Shown here one piece after another: positions 17,200-27,048 of a stretch of DNA of 64,000 bases (position 1 is its first letter; the number at the start of each line of letters is the position of its first letter). The stretch comes from Pseudomonadota bacterium (GTDB lineage: Bacteria; Pseudomonadota; Alphaproteobacteria; MPNO01; UBA830). The notes below the pieces were generated by a model. It worked only from the letters and a program-made list of their open reading frames with translations. It had not been told where the DNA came from and did no database searches. Location of the stretch: NCBI GenBank assembly GCA_036136335.1, contig JAYZQT010000007.1, positions 21,262 to 85,261 on the forward strand. The letters are read 5' to 3'. The position numbers and the translations under genes were made by a program.

Positions 17200-19176
17200 G
17201 TGCCACACTTGGCTCAAGATATCCCTCCATCCGAAAACAACATAACAAATGAACGCGGGGCGCAGCTTCTTTCCGAGCGCAAGGAATCGAAGCTGATCGC
17301 CGTAATTACGTTGGGTCTAGGTGCTTTAATCACGTTGATTGTTTTAACCTGGGCGATCGAGTTCTGGCTAAAATTGGGTTTTGAATGGTTTGATGAACAA
17401 GCAATGGGCGCATGTTTGGGTCTCACATTGGCAACCATCTTTGTTCGCTATCCGCTGGATGGTAGTCGGGAAAGAATGTCCGTACCATGGTATGACATCG
17501 CGCTTGCGGGTCTTGCCCTCTGCACATGTTTTTACCTTGTTTATATATATGGTGATATCGAGGCAAATCCCTACATAATGCGGCCAAAGATGTTCATTAT
17601 TGGGATTATTCTCATACCAATGGTCTGGGAAGGTTTGCGCCGGACCACCGGTTGGAGCCTGACCATCGTCTTCAGCGTATTCCTTGCATACGCCTTCGTT
17701 GGACACCTGATGCCCGGCATGCTGAAGGGGCTTGAACAAAGCAACGTTAGGCTAATAGCGGAGCTTGGCGTAAGCAATGTCGCAATACTCGGTCTTCCTA
17801 TGAAGATTATAGTGCTGACTGTTGTCCTATTTATATGGATGGGCCAGCTTCTCCTGTATACGGGTGCCTCCAACTGGTTTACCGATCTCGCCGCAGCACT
17901 TATGGGTCGTTCACGCGGTGGTTCAGCGAAAATCGCCGTCGTTGCCTCGGGTCTTTTTGGGTCTATTTCGGGCTCCGCCGTGTCAAATGTTGCTTCCACC
18001 GGGGTCATTACAATTCCTCTAATGCGTCAAGCTGGATATGACGCCAAAAGTGCTGGAGCAATTGAGGCTGTTGCGTCAACTGGCGGCCAGATTATGCCCC
18101 CGATAATGGGTGCAGCGGCTTTTCTGATGGCCGAACTTCTGGAACTTGAATATACGGAAATAATTCTAGCCGCCCTGGTTCCGTCAGCCCTCTACTACCT
18201 AGCCGTATTCGTTCAAGCCGACTTGGAGGCTGCAAAAAAGGGAATTGCGCCTCTACCCAAGGACAGAATTCCGCCAATACTTAGAGTTATGAAGGAAGGA
18301 TGGTTCTTTGTCCTTCCCTATATCATCCTGATCTACACGCTCTTTTCGCTTAATCTCCCTCCCCAAGAAGCCGCATTCTGGGCGGCTATTAGTGTCGCCA
18401 TCGTCAGTATCATTTTTGGCTATAAGGGAAGCAGAATTACGCCGTCACAAATATGGGACTCGATTGCGGGTGGCGGCCGCGCATCGGCAGATATCATCGT
18501 AATCGGAGCCATGGCTGGAATTATAATCGCAATCCTTGACCGAACAGGCCTTGGTCAAGCACTCACGCTGATTCTGGCCTCTGTAGGCGAAGATAGCTTG
18601 TTCTTGCTCCTCGTTCTCACAGCTCTGTTCTCTATCCTCTTGGGCATGGGTATGCCAACCTCGGCGATATACCTTTTGCTCGCAACGATGATTGCGCCAT
18701 CGCTGATCAAGCTTGGCGTGAACCCGATCGCAGCACACATGTTCGTGTTATATTTCGGGCTTATGTCAATGATTACGCCGCCTGTGGCGATCGCCGCGTT
18801 TGCGGCGGCGTCTCTTGCTGGCTCCAAGCCCATGGAAACCGGCATGACGGCCGTAAGACTGGGCTGGATAGCCTACGTGATACCATTCGTGTTTGTTCTG
18901 TCTCCTACTCTACTCGGCCAAGGCAGTACGGGTGATATTATACTATCCGCAGTCACCGCTTTTATCGGCGTCTGGATCGCCTCTTGCGGCCTAATTGGCT
19001 ACATGTTCGGGCCCTTTAACTCCTTACAAAGATTACTATTCTTTATAGCAGGAATACTTCTCTTGCTACCAGCGGATGCCATTCCAAGCGGGCTTCTCAT
19101 CAATGGTGCTGGTCTTGTGCTGGGAGTAATCTTGGTGGCAAACGACTACATTAAAAACCGACGCAGCACTAAATAA
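17200..19176 (+). CDS. TRAP transporter fused 4TM/12TM permease (TAXI-associated)
   Basis: GSISGSAVSNV, ASTGGQIMPPIMGAAAF, LGMGMPT and ITPPVAIAAF motifs. Confidence 0.93.
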   Translation: MPHLAQDIPPSENNITNERGAQLLSERKESKLIAVITLGLGALITLIVLTWAIEFWLKLGFEWFDEQAMGACLGLTLATIFVRYPLDGSRERMSVPWYDIALAGLALCTCFYLVYIYGDIEANPYIMRPKMFIIGIILIPMVWEGLRRTTGWSLTIVFSVFLAYAFVGHLMPGMLKGLEQSNVRLIAELGVSNVAILGLPMKIIVLTVVLFIWMGQLLLYTGASNWFTDLAAALMGRSRGGSAKIAVVASGLFGSISGSAVSNVASTGVITIPLMRQAGYDAKSAGAIEAVASTGGQIMPPIMGAAAFLMAELLELEYTEIILAALVPSALYYLAVFVQADLEAAKKGIAPLPKDRIPPILRVMKEGWFFVLPYIILIYTLFSLNLPPQEAAFWAAISVAIVSIIFGYKGSRITPSQIWDSIAGGGRASADIIVIGAMAGIIIAILDRTGLGQALTLILASVGEDSLFLLLVLTALFSILLGMGMPTSAIYLLLATMIAPSLIKLGVNPIAAHMFVLYFGLMSMITPPVAIAAFAAASLAGSKPMETGMTAVRLGWIAYVIPFVFVLSPTLLGQGSTGDIILSAVTAFIGVWIASCGLIGYMFGPFNSLQRLLFFIAGILLLLPADAIPSGLLINGAGLVLGVILVANDYIKNRRSTK

Positions 19177-19235
19177 CCGGGTTGGCTCGGGGCCCACATG
19201 AAATTGCATAAAGCCACCAACGTCCAAAGGACTAT

Positions 19236-21542
19236 TTATTGTATTCTTCGATGGTTCGCTTCATCGATTGCGGACAGAACGTTTTCCGGTGTCAAAGGCA
19301 ATCTTCGAATTCGCACCCCAACTGCATCCTCAATTGCATTTGCGATCGCGGAAGCCACAGGAAGCATGCACCCTTCGCCCAGGCTTTTCGCTCCGAAGGG
19401 TCCAGGTCCGTGACCCTGTTCTTGAAGAATGGACACAAAACCTTCTGGAATGTCCGAAGCAACGGGCACACGATAATCCAGACCATTACCGTTAATGAGT
19501 TTACCGCCGTCGTAGACCATGCACGGGAACAATGCCCCAGTCAGCCCCATTACAGCGGAGCCTTCATCTTGTCCACGGCAAATTAAGGGATTAATCGCTT
19601 TACCGGCATCACCCGAAACGACAAGTTGTAACAATTGTATCAAGCCGGTTTCCTGATCTACCTCAACCTCCGCTGCACCCCACCCAAATTCCCAGGACAC
19701 GCATTGGGTTTCCAGTGGTGCTGAATGATCAATATCGGGCTTAAAGAAACCTTCTCCCGTAAATTCATAACCCGTCCCACCGTAAACACGCATTATCATG
19801 GGCGGCAAAGGATGTAATTCGTTCCCTTTCTTTATAGACCAATCATCCAGCTCCAATTCTGTAGTTTCACAATTGAGTTGGTCGGCAGCAAACTGTAGTA
19901 CCTTTTGTTTTGCTTGCAGGGAGGCCGCTTCAATTGCCTTAGCCATTACAACAACGGCAGAACTCGCGTTAGTACCTTGATCAAAGGGCGTATGATCGGT
20001 ATCGAGCGTAGGGTACCTAACCCGGTCCAGCGATGTATTTAAGAGTTCCGCGACGATCTGAGAAAGCGCGGTATGTGCACCCTGACCAAGCTCCACAGTT
20101 CCGCATTGCAAATAGACCGCTCCAGTCGTTGTAATTCGAACTCGCGCCTGGGCCGGTTTATTTACGCCCCCCGCATCCTTGAACCCGACTGACACCCCCA
20201 TACCGCGCCCATTCTCGTAAGTTCGGGCTTTGTAACCGATGCGATCTGCAACGAGTCTTAGACCCTCCTTCAGATCAGAATCGATGCCGCTTTCACCGGG
20301 CATATAGGGCTCATTCAAATCCTTAAGGTTCTGAAGCCTAAGATCAAAAGGATCTCTTCGGAGGCGTCTTGCGATTATGTCTATCTGGGATTCTGAAGCC
20401 CAAGTGGCCTGGGTTCCACCAAAACCTCGATATGGACCCGCTGGTGTCGTGTTTGTCAGTATACAATCACAATCCACATCAACGTGTCGCCACTTGTATG
20501 GCCCCGGCAGGCGGTACCCGGCCTTTTCTGCAACAAGCGGGCTGGCATCAGAATAAGCCCCAGCATCAAGCCAAATATGGCCGCTCCGGGCAACAAACGT
20601 GCCATCATCCATTACACCAGTTTTTACATCCAATATTGCAGCGTGCTGGCTTTGGGTGAGGAAACTCTCTTCCATCGTCATACAAAAGCGCACTGGTCTA
20701 CCCGAAAGTTGAGCTAACAGGATCGAAATCGGCTCCGTTTTACAATTATTTTTAGCTCCGTATCCTGCACCGACATAGGGTACGTGCACGCGTATCTTGT
20801 TTTCAGGATGCCGAAATATTCTCGCCAGTTCTTTGCGAAGTGGAAAGGGATTCTGGCAACTGCTCCAGATCTCTATCGCGCCTTGCTCGATCTTAGCAAC
20901 CGACACAAACGGCTCTAGGTGAAAATGCTGATCGCGAGAAAAGAAAAAGCGATCATCGAAGATATGATCGCAGTTTTCAAAAAAACTTGATTCTCCGCTT
21001 TTGTACGAAAAACGATAACAATTGTTTCGACCAGCACGGAGGGCGGCACTCGCTCCTTGCCCATAAGCAGGTACAATCCCCATCGGCTCCTCTTCGAATA
21101 ACTCGGGAGCATTGTCATTCCGGGCTTGTTCAACATTCGTGACGGTTTCTAAAGGTTCGTACTCAGCAAATATAGTTTCAAGGGCCGCAATTGCTTGGAG
21201 TTCTGTTTCCGCCGCGACCGCTGCCACGGGATCACCTATGTACCGTACTTTGTCGATCGCGACGATTGGCTGATCCTTAATACAATAGCCATACGTAGGA
21301 TTGAGACCGTGCAAATCGTCACGCGTAACAACAGCGTGCACACCGGGCATTTGGCGTGCATTTGTTGCGTCAATAGAGCGTAAAACTGCGTGCGCGTGAG
21401 GTGAGCGCAATACCTTGGCGTGTAACATATGCGGAAAGGATATATCTACAGTGTAAGTAGCCGTGCCCGTCGTCTTCAACATAGCGTCCGTCCGGGGTAG
21501 ATCTGACCCCACCGTATGTAGGACTAGCGAATTTTGGGTCAC
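19236..21542 (-). CDS. Xanthine dehydrogenase-family Mo-binding large subunit
   Basis: LRSPHAHA, VGAGYGAK, PAGPYRGFGGTQ, ELGQG and GPFGAKSLGEG motifs. Confidence 0.92.
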   Translation of the reverse strand: MTQNSLVLHTVGSDLPRTDAMLKTTGTATYTVDISFPHMLHAKVLRSPHAHAVLRSIDATNARQMPGVHAVVTRDDLHGLNPTYGYCIKDQPIVAIDKVRYIGDPVAAVAAETELQAIAALETIFAEYEPLETVTNVEQARNDNAPELFEEEPMGIVPAYGQGASAALRAGRNNCYRFSYKSGESSFFENCDHIFDDRFFFSRDQHFHLEPFVSVAKIEQGAIEIWSSCQNPFPLRKELARIFRHPENKIRVHVPYVGAGYGAKNNCKTEPISILLAQLSGRPVRFCMTMEESFLTQSQHAAILDVKTGVMDDGTFVARSGHIWLDAGAYSDASPLVAEKAGYRLPGPYKWRHVDVDCDCILTNTTPAGPYRGFGGTQATWASESQIDIIARRLRRDPFDLRLQNLKDLNEPYMPGESGIDSDLKEGLRLVADRIGYKARTYENGRGMGVSVGFKDAGGVNKPAQARVRITTTGAVYLQCGTVELGQGAHTALSQIVAELLNTSLDRVRYPTLDTDHTPFDQGTNASSAVVVMAKAIEAASLQAKQKVLQFAADQLNCETTELELDDWSIKKGNELHPLPPMIMRVYGGTGYEFTGEGFFKPDIDHSAPLETQCVSWEFGWGAAEVEVDQETGLIQLLQLVVSGDAGKAINPLICRGQDEGSAVMGLTGALFPCMVYDGGKLINGNGLDYRVPVASDIPEGFVSILQEQGHGPGPFGAKSLGEGCMLPVASAIANAIEDAVGVRIRRLPLTPENVLSAIDEANHRRIQ

Positions 21543-22027
21543 CGTCTCTCCCTAGATAGCGCGTTCGCGGCTTTTTCAATCGACTCAATAATCATTTCAT
21601 AACCTGTACACCGACAAATGTTTGCGCTCATCCAGTTCCTAATCTCTTTACGGGTGGGGTTTGGTGACTTTTCGAGTAACGAAAATGCTAGCAAAATCAT
21701 TCCAGGGGTGCAGGAACCACATTGAAAGGCGCTGTTTTCGACAAACGCCTCCTGGACGGGATGGAGAATATCATTGGACGAAAGACCTTCAATGGTTTGA
21801 ACATTGGCACCCTGTATTTGCCAGACAAATGTATTGCAACTCGCAAAAGGGAGGCCATTAACCAGGACCGTACAAGCACCACAGGAGCCCAGGTCGCACG
21901 CGAGCTTGGTCCCGGTCAGGCCAATGCGTTCCCTCAGGAAATCAACCAGCATTTCTTGGGGTCCAACGTGGTAACCATGCTCTTTGTCGTTCACTTTACA
22001 CGAGACGTACACAAGTTCAGATGACAT
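21539..22027 (-). CDS. Mo-hydroxylase small (2x[2Fe-2S]) subunit
   Basis: GTKLACDLGSCGACTV, QCGSCTPG, NICRCTGY. Confidence 0.93.
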   Translation of the reverse strand: MSSELVYVSCKVNDKEHGYHVGPQEMLVDFLRERIGLTGTKLACDLGSCGACTVLVNGLPFASCNTFVWQIQGANVQTIEGLSSNDILHPVQEAFVENSAFQCGSCTPGMILLAFSLLEKSPNPTRKEIRNWMSANICRCTGYEMIIESIEKAANALSRERR

Positions 22028-22030
22028 AAA

Positions 22031-22849
22031 TTAGTTCTCTGATCGGAATTTCAGGAGTGCCCGGCGCACCAAAACACCAGCCATACGTCGCCGGTATGCG
22101 GCTTGCCCCATCGGGTTATTTTTTGCGTTCGGAAACCCGTGGATGATCGCGTCTATTGGCTCTTTGGGTGAGCCCATCCAGAATGCGGGAGTATCGAACG
22201 CGCACCCAACACCAACTCGAACCGTATCACCCTCCAATGCCACGGCCGCACTGACGGCGGGTTTTAAACTTCGATCGAAGGCGAGCATCACCCCTTGACC
22301 AACGGGGATTAAAATTGACGCAAGAACGGCCGGTCTAGGGGGCTGCCAACCTGTTTTGCTTGCCAAAACACTCTTTTTTTTACCGTCCTTAGTAACAAAT
22401 TCTAGCGTGGCACACAGTACGCCTAGGAGTGTTTGCCCATCATATCCCGGGTCGTCAGCCATTACGTTTCCACCAATAGTACCCGTCATACGCACACGAA
22501 TATTTCCAATCGTCTTCCACGCTTCCTGAAATGCTGGTAATAGTTTTTGCAACAGAGGGTTAGTTTCAATTTCCCAATGTGTCGTTAACGCGCCAATTCT
22601 TATGAAGTCATCTTCCGCGCAGATGCCTTTCATGCTGTCAACCGACGATAGGTCAATGACGGTTTTCCATACCTGCCCAGAACGCATCCGACGGACAAGA
22701 TCGATGCCCCCGGCAATTACGGTAGAGCCAGCGTTTTCGGCTAACGCTGCCGCCGCTTCCTTTGCTGTCTGAGGTTGAAGCAGTCGAAAGGGCAAAATTG
22801 CTTTGTGAGAACGAGCCACCCAGCCGGACTCTGTAGCGTTGAAATTCAT
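22031..22849 (-). CDS. Mo-hydroxylase FAD-binding medium subunit
   Basis: IAGGIDL, IRIGALTTH, IGNIRVRMTGTIGGN. Start moved to ATG 22849 because the longer ORF runs through a terminator hairpin. Confidence 0.85.
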   Translation of the reverse strand: MNFNATESGWVARSHKAILPFRLLQPQTAKEAAAALAENAGSTVIAGGIDLVRRMRSGQVWKTVIDLSSVDSMKGICAEDDFIRIGALTTHWEIETNPLLQKLLPAFQEAWKTIGNIRVRMTGTIGGNVMADDPGYDGQTLLGVLCATLEFVTKDGKKKSVLASKTGWQPPRPAVLASILIPVGQGVMLAFDRSLKPAVSAAVALEGDTVRVGVGCAFDTPAFWMGSPKEPIDAIIHGFPNAKNNPMGQAAYRRRMAGVLVRRALLKFRSEN

Positions 22850-22882
22850 TTTAATAGAAATTAACCCGTTTATGACTAAACC

Positions 22883-22911
22883 AAAAAGGGCGGCCCAAGG
22901 CCGCCCTTTTT
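22883..22911 (-). terminator. Intrinsic (bidirectional-type) terminator after dctP
   Basis: AAAAAGGGCGGCC-CAA-GGCCGCCCTTTTT, a perfect 13-bp inverted repeat with A/T tails. Confidence 0.8.
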
Positions 22912-22926
22912 TCACATTCCCAAATA

Positions 22927-24021
22927 TTAATCGGAGATTTTATACGAGACGGGGTACTTGTGGCCCGCATCCTCATTATACTTGATAAAGGCACGCATAA
23001 TCTTTGGCATGTTAATTTTCTTTTTCTTTTGCACATCATGAGCTCTTTGGTTCGGCCATGTCGCAAGTTTCTGCGCCCAGGCAACCTTGGCTGCCGGGTC
23101 GATGTTACGAACTGTTACGCCTGCTTTGGCAAGCATCTTGAGGCCCCAGTCATGATCCCGCTGTGTGACTTCAGCAGTCCACTTCGCGAGGTTGATAGCC
23201 TCTTCGTCAATGATCGCAACAACTTCCTTGGGGAGTTTTTTACGAGCTCTGAGGTTCATCGTGTAGGAAATCTGCATCACGGCACCAAAATCAGTGACCG
23301 TGTAAAAGCCGCCTTTGGTGGCCTCATGAAGTTTCAGCTTATAATCGGTATCCGGGAATAGCACGATGCCTTCGCCAACGCCGGTCTGAAGCTGCTGTGC
23401 CGCCTTGGGAATCGTTGTGCGAACAGGGATGCCACCTTTAACCCATGGGAGGTTTGGTCCCGCGGCCAGAATCTTGCGCCCCTTTAAATCTTCGAAACGC
23501 TTCCAGTCGAATGCGGTCAGAAGCCCATAGTTATTGAAGCCAGTAACCGAAAGTAACTTCTGCTTGTACCTCTTTTCATAGTCCTGCGCTATTGAAGGAA
23601 ATTCCTTAACAATTTTGTTCATTATGTCATAGGCAACAAGAGCATTTGGATGCGAAAAAGGCACAAAATAAGGAAGGTTCATCGCCATGGCTTTATCATC
23701 GTCAAAGCAGACGCACCAGCCACCGATGTCCAGCCGGCCGTCCTGCGTGCCCTCAAGCGTATCGAACACATTTACTACAGTGCCGGCATAATGTTGGCGG
23801 AATTTGATTTTGTACTTGGTTTCTGCGGCGACGCGTTTTGTTACCGCGGGAACAAAGTACTTTGCCATACCCTTGACATAGGTGATGAACGGGGGATGCC
23901 CTGACCCAATACGCAGTGTGATCTCATTCCCTTTTATCGACGCCGCGCCAGCCGCCGTAACCATACCGAAAACGGCGGCGATGAAAGCTGCGCCGGTTAA
24001 ACCTTTCGTAAAAATCTTCAT
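22927..24021 (-). CDS. dctP: TRAP substrate-binding protein (DctP family)
   Basis: Signal peptide, GTQDGRLDIG, DLKGRKI, LQTGVGEG, LPKEVVAII; GGGAGGAG RBS. Confidence 0.87.
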   Translation of the reverse strand: MKIFTKGLTGAAFIAAVFGMVTAAGAASIKGNEITLRIGSGHPPFITYVKGMAKYFVPAVTKRVAAETKYKIKFRQHYAGTVVNVFDTLEGTQDGRLDIGGWCVCFDDDKAMAMNLPYFVPFSHPNALVAYDIMNKIVKEFPSIAQDYEKRYKQKLLSVTGFNNYGLLTAFDWKRFEDLKGRKILAAGPNLPWVKGGIPVRTTIPKAAQQLQTGVGEGIVLFPDTDYKLKLHEATKGGFYTVTDFGAVMQISYTMNLRARKKLPKEVVAIIDEEAINLAKWTAEVTQRDHDWGLKMLAKAGVTVRNIDPAAKVAWAQKLATWPNQRAHDVQKKKKINMPKIMRAFIKYNEDAGHKYPVSYKISD

Positions 24022-24144
24022 TACTAACTCCTCCCTGATCAGGCCCCTTCAAAAGCCCATGGAACTTTGCTGATGTATACGATTTGGTGACTGGGATTAT
24101 GTCCAAAACGGCGGGGTTAGTCCAGCCGAACGCCCCCCAATAAA

Positions 24145-25485
24145 TCAAATCATCTTTGATGGCAGCCATGTTGCTACTTCTGGAACAGCCCAAATCAAAA
24201 GCATAACGACGAGCATCAGTAGCCAATAGGGGACGGAGCCTTTGAAAATTTCAGAGAGTGTGACCAACTTGTCATCAACCGAACCTTTGACAGTGTATAC
24301 AAGGAGGCCAAATGGAGGCGTCAGCAAACCGGCCTCAATAACGAGTATACCGAAAATTCCAAATGCTATTGGATCAAAAAATCCCTCTGTCAATGGCGCA
24401 AAGATTGGAACAGTGATTAGTATGATGGAAATGGAATCCAGTATCATTCCCAATACGAGCCAGATACCGATTATAACAAGGATGATGCCAATTTCCGTGA
24501 AGTTGTAGGCCGCAAATGTATCGCGGATCATCTCCGACATTCCTGCAGCTTCCATAAACTTTGCATACATATTTGCCGTAAGGAGAAGAAACATTATCGG
24601 AGCACCGGTCTTACATGAATCTATGACGGCGCGGCCGAGATCTTTTAGACGCATCCCTTTCAACAGGCCCAGTATTACCGCACCCGCGGCTCCCACTCCG
24701 CCAGCTTCTGTCGGAGTAAATACTCCTCCCCAGATACCCCCAAGGACCAGAAGTATCAGAGCGCCAATACCGAAGCCTGATGCAATTTCTGCTTTCGAAA
24801 GCGGTTCTTCGTCTCCCCCCGCCCGAACAGGTGGCGCCAGTTCGGGTTTCAGTTTAACGGAAATGGCAATGTAGGCCATGAACAGAAATGCCAAAATCAG
24901 TCCCGGAATGGCCCCCGCAATAAACAACTGCGCGATCGATTTTTCGCTGATTATCCCCCAGACAATCAGGAGGACGCTGGGGGGTATAATCATCCCAAGA
25001 CACGCGCTCCCTGCAACGGAACCAAGGGCGAATGTGCGATTGTAATTGTGGTAGCGCATTTGTGGGTAAGCAATCCTGCTAAACGCGGCAGCAGCCGCAA
25101 TGCTCACTCCTGTGACAGCGGCAAAAACGGCATTCCCGGCAACCGTGGCAACCGCCAGGCGGCCAGGTATCGCCTTTAATCCATGATTAATGAGATTGTA
25201 AAGGTCCTTCGCCGCGCCGGATTTGTTAACAAAATCCCCGAGGAGCATAAAGAGGGGAATCGTAGCAAACACCTCGGATCTTAAATATTCATACGCCACA
25301 CTCCCAACACCACTCAATGCAATATCAAGTCCTTCAGACCATTCACCGTCGATCCCACCAAATAAAATTATGTTGCCGACGAAGGCAGTAAATCCGAACG
25401 CAAAGCCGATATGGATTCCCATAAGAATCCCTGCCAGCATCACGAAAAACATCAAAAGCAGGACTGTGGTCTGATCGAAAATCAT
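24145..25485 (-). CDS. dctM: TRAP transporter large permease
   Basis: TIPLFMLLG, LGMIIPPS, FTPTEAG and LTPPFG motifs. Confidence 0.92.
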   Translation of the reverse strand: MIFDQTTVLLLMFFVMLAGILMGIHIGFAFGFTAFVGNIILFGGIDGEWSEGLDIALSGVGSVAYEYLRSEVFATIPLFMLLGDFVNKSGAAKDLYNLINHGLKAIPGRLAVATVAGNAVFAAVTGVSIAAAAAFSRIAYPQMRYHNYNRTFALGSVAGSACLGMIIPPSVLLIVWGIISEKSIAQLFIAGAIPGLILAFLFMAYIAISVKLKPELAPPVRAGGDEEPLSKAEIASGFGIGALILLVLGGIWGGVFTPTEAGGVGAAGAVILGLLKGMRLKDLGRAVIDSCKTGAPIMFLLLTANMYAKFMEAAGMSEMIRDTFAAYNFTEIGIILVIIGIWLVLGMILDSISIILITVPIFAPLTEGFFDPIAFGIFGILVIEAGLLTPPFGLLVYTVKGSVDDKLVTLSEIFKGSVPYWLLMLVVMLLIWAVPEVATWLPSKMI

Positions 25486-26036
25486 TATTGCCGCTTCCCT
25501 ACTTCAGCGGGGTCCTGAGCCGGCTCTGCCATTTCTGCAGAAGGGAATATTGAACGAAGAACAAGGACTGACGAAACAACAACTCCTACCATACTGACAA
25601 AAACAACAAGCGTTCGAATGGGGTACACTGGGATCGTAACAATCCCGGACCCTTCCGCCTCTCTGATTTCCCACGCCTCAAGCATGTTGGGCCAGCTTCC
25701 GATCGCAATAGCCAGAAATAAAAGGCCCGCCAGAAAATATGAGATCCCGTCAATGGCGGCTTTCGAACTGATTCCGACGTTTCCATAAAGAATGGTCGTG
25801 CGAAGCGAGCTTCTTGTCAGGATGGAGAGTGGTAATTGCAAAAAAAGAATGGAAAGAACGGAATTGGAAACAATTTCATTGGTGCCGTAGATTGGGGCAC
25901 CAAAAAATTCCCGCCCGACAACGTCGAACAGAATAAATATTGCAATAGAGGACAGCCAGATTGCGGAAATTACATTAAGAACCTTCGCAAAACTTTCGAC
26001 CAACCGTTCTACCCAAACACCCGACAAATCAGGCAC
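25485..26036 (-). CDS. dctQ: TRAP transporter small permease
   Basis: 4 TM segments, DVVGR..F..PI.GTNEIV; 1-nt overlap with dctM. Confidence 0.87.
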   Translation of the reverse strand: MPDLSGVWVERLVESFAKVLNVISAIWLSSIAIFILFDVVGREFFGAPIYGTNEIVSNSVLSILFLQLPLSILTRSSLRTTILYGNVGISSKAAIDGISYFLAGLLFLAIAIGSWPNMLEAWEIREAEGSGIVTIPVYPIRTLVVFVSMVGVVVSSVLVLRSIFPSAEMAEPAQDPAEVGKRQ

Positions 26037-26100
26037 CTCCCCAAATAATTAATTGTTTTGTTTTCAACACTCTACCCATCCTCAATAAGATAGCCCAGCC

Positions 26101-26733
26101 CTAGGGGAGTGGTATTTCCTGATCGCTTTCCGGAACATTCCAACCTTTTCGGGTTGCCGGGCGCTCAAGAATTTCGAGATACCATCGCCGGACGTTGGGA
26201 AATTCGTTCAGGTCCACCGTCTGCCAGTCAAACCGGGCAACCCACGGCCATACTGCGATGTCTGCGATGGTATATTCGTCACAGGAGAGAAAGCGGGTCT
26301 TCCCAAGCTTTTCGTTCATCACACCGTACAACCTTTTGGTTTCCCCAAGGTACCGGTCCTCAGCATAGGGCGCTTTACCGGAGTTATATTTGGTGTAGTG
26401 ATGGCATTGCCCAAACATTGGACCAACGCCACCCATCTGGAACATCAGCCACTCCATGGTTGACCACTTTGGTTCAGGCTCAGTTGGCCAGAACATCCCT
26501 GTCTTTTCCGCCAGATACAGCAAGATAGCACCAGATTCCATCAGAGACTTCCCGTTGTCATTATCAACAATCGCTGGAATTTTGTTGTTTGGGCTTATCC
26601 GAAGAAATTCCGGCGCGAACTGTTCATCCTTAGCTATATTTATGGCGTGTGTTTTATAGGCCAGTCCGCACTCTTCCAACATAAGGGAGATTTTACGGCC
26701 GTTCGGCGTATACCAGGTATAGAGATCAATCAT
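26101..26733 (-). CDS. Glutathione S-transferase, YfcG-like disulfide oxidoreductase
   Basis: MIDLY..TPNGRKI, ISPNNKIPAI, ESGAILLYLAEKTG, WLMFQMGGVGPMFGQ. Confidence 0.9.
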   Translation of the reverse strand: MIDLYTWYTPNGRKISLMLEECGLAYKTHAINIAKDEQFAPEFLRISPNNKIPAIVDNDNGKSLMESGAILLYLAEKTGMFWPTEPEPKWSTMEWLMFQMGGVGPMFGQCHHYTKYNSGKAPYAEDRYLGETKRLYGVMNEKLGKTRFLSCDEYTIADIAVWPWVARFDWQTVDLNEFPNVRRWYLEILERPATRKGWNVPESDQEIPLP

Positions 26734-27048
26734 TATTCATTTCCCTTTTAGTAAACTGAATTTGTCCATTAAACTCGCAAGGATCGGTGGGGTTTGAACG
26801 GAACGCCTCATGTCATTTGTTAGGCAATATAATCTGGCAAGTAACCTAATCGCTCAACGTTAATGGGTAAAATGTTACGGATTGGCGGCAAATATTCCTC
26901 CTTGCTTACCCTAGTGCCAGAGATATAGCATAGAGGGAGTGCGTTGTTTGTAGTCTATGGGGTTGAGGCACCCTGTATTAATTGGGCGAAGGAACCCCAA
27001 ACGACAAAATCTCTATACTGTTCTTATATCGTTAGGAAAGGGAGGGAC

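Noticed and set aside
22850-22915. Longer start for the FAD subunit
   Set aside because: It runs through the terminator hairpin; ATG 22849 is more plausible.
26901-26920. Sigma54-like TGGCAC...GC on the minus strand
   Set aside because: The GG-to-GC spacing is one base too long and the -12 element is poor.
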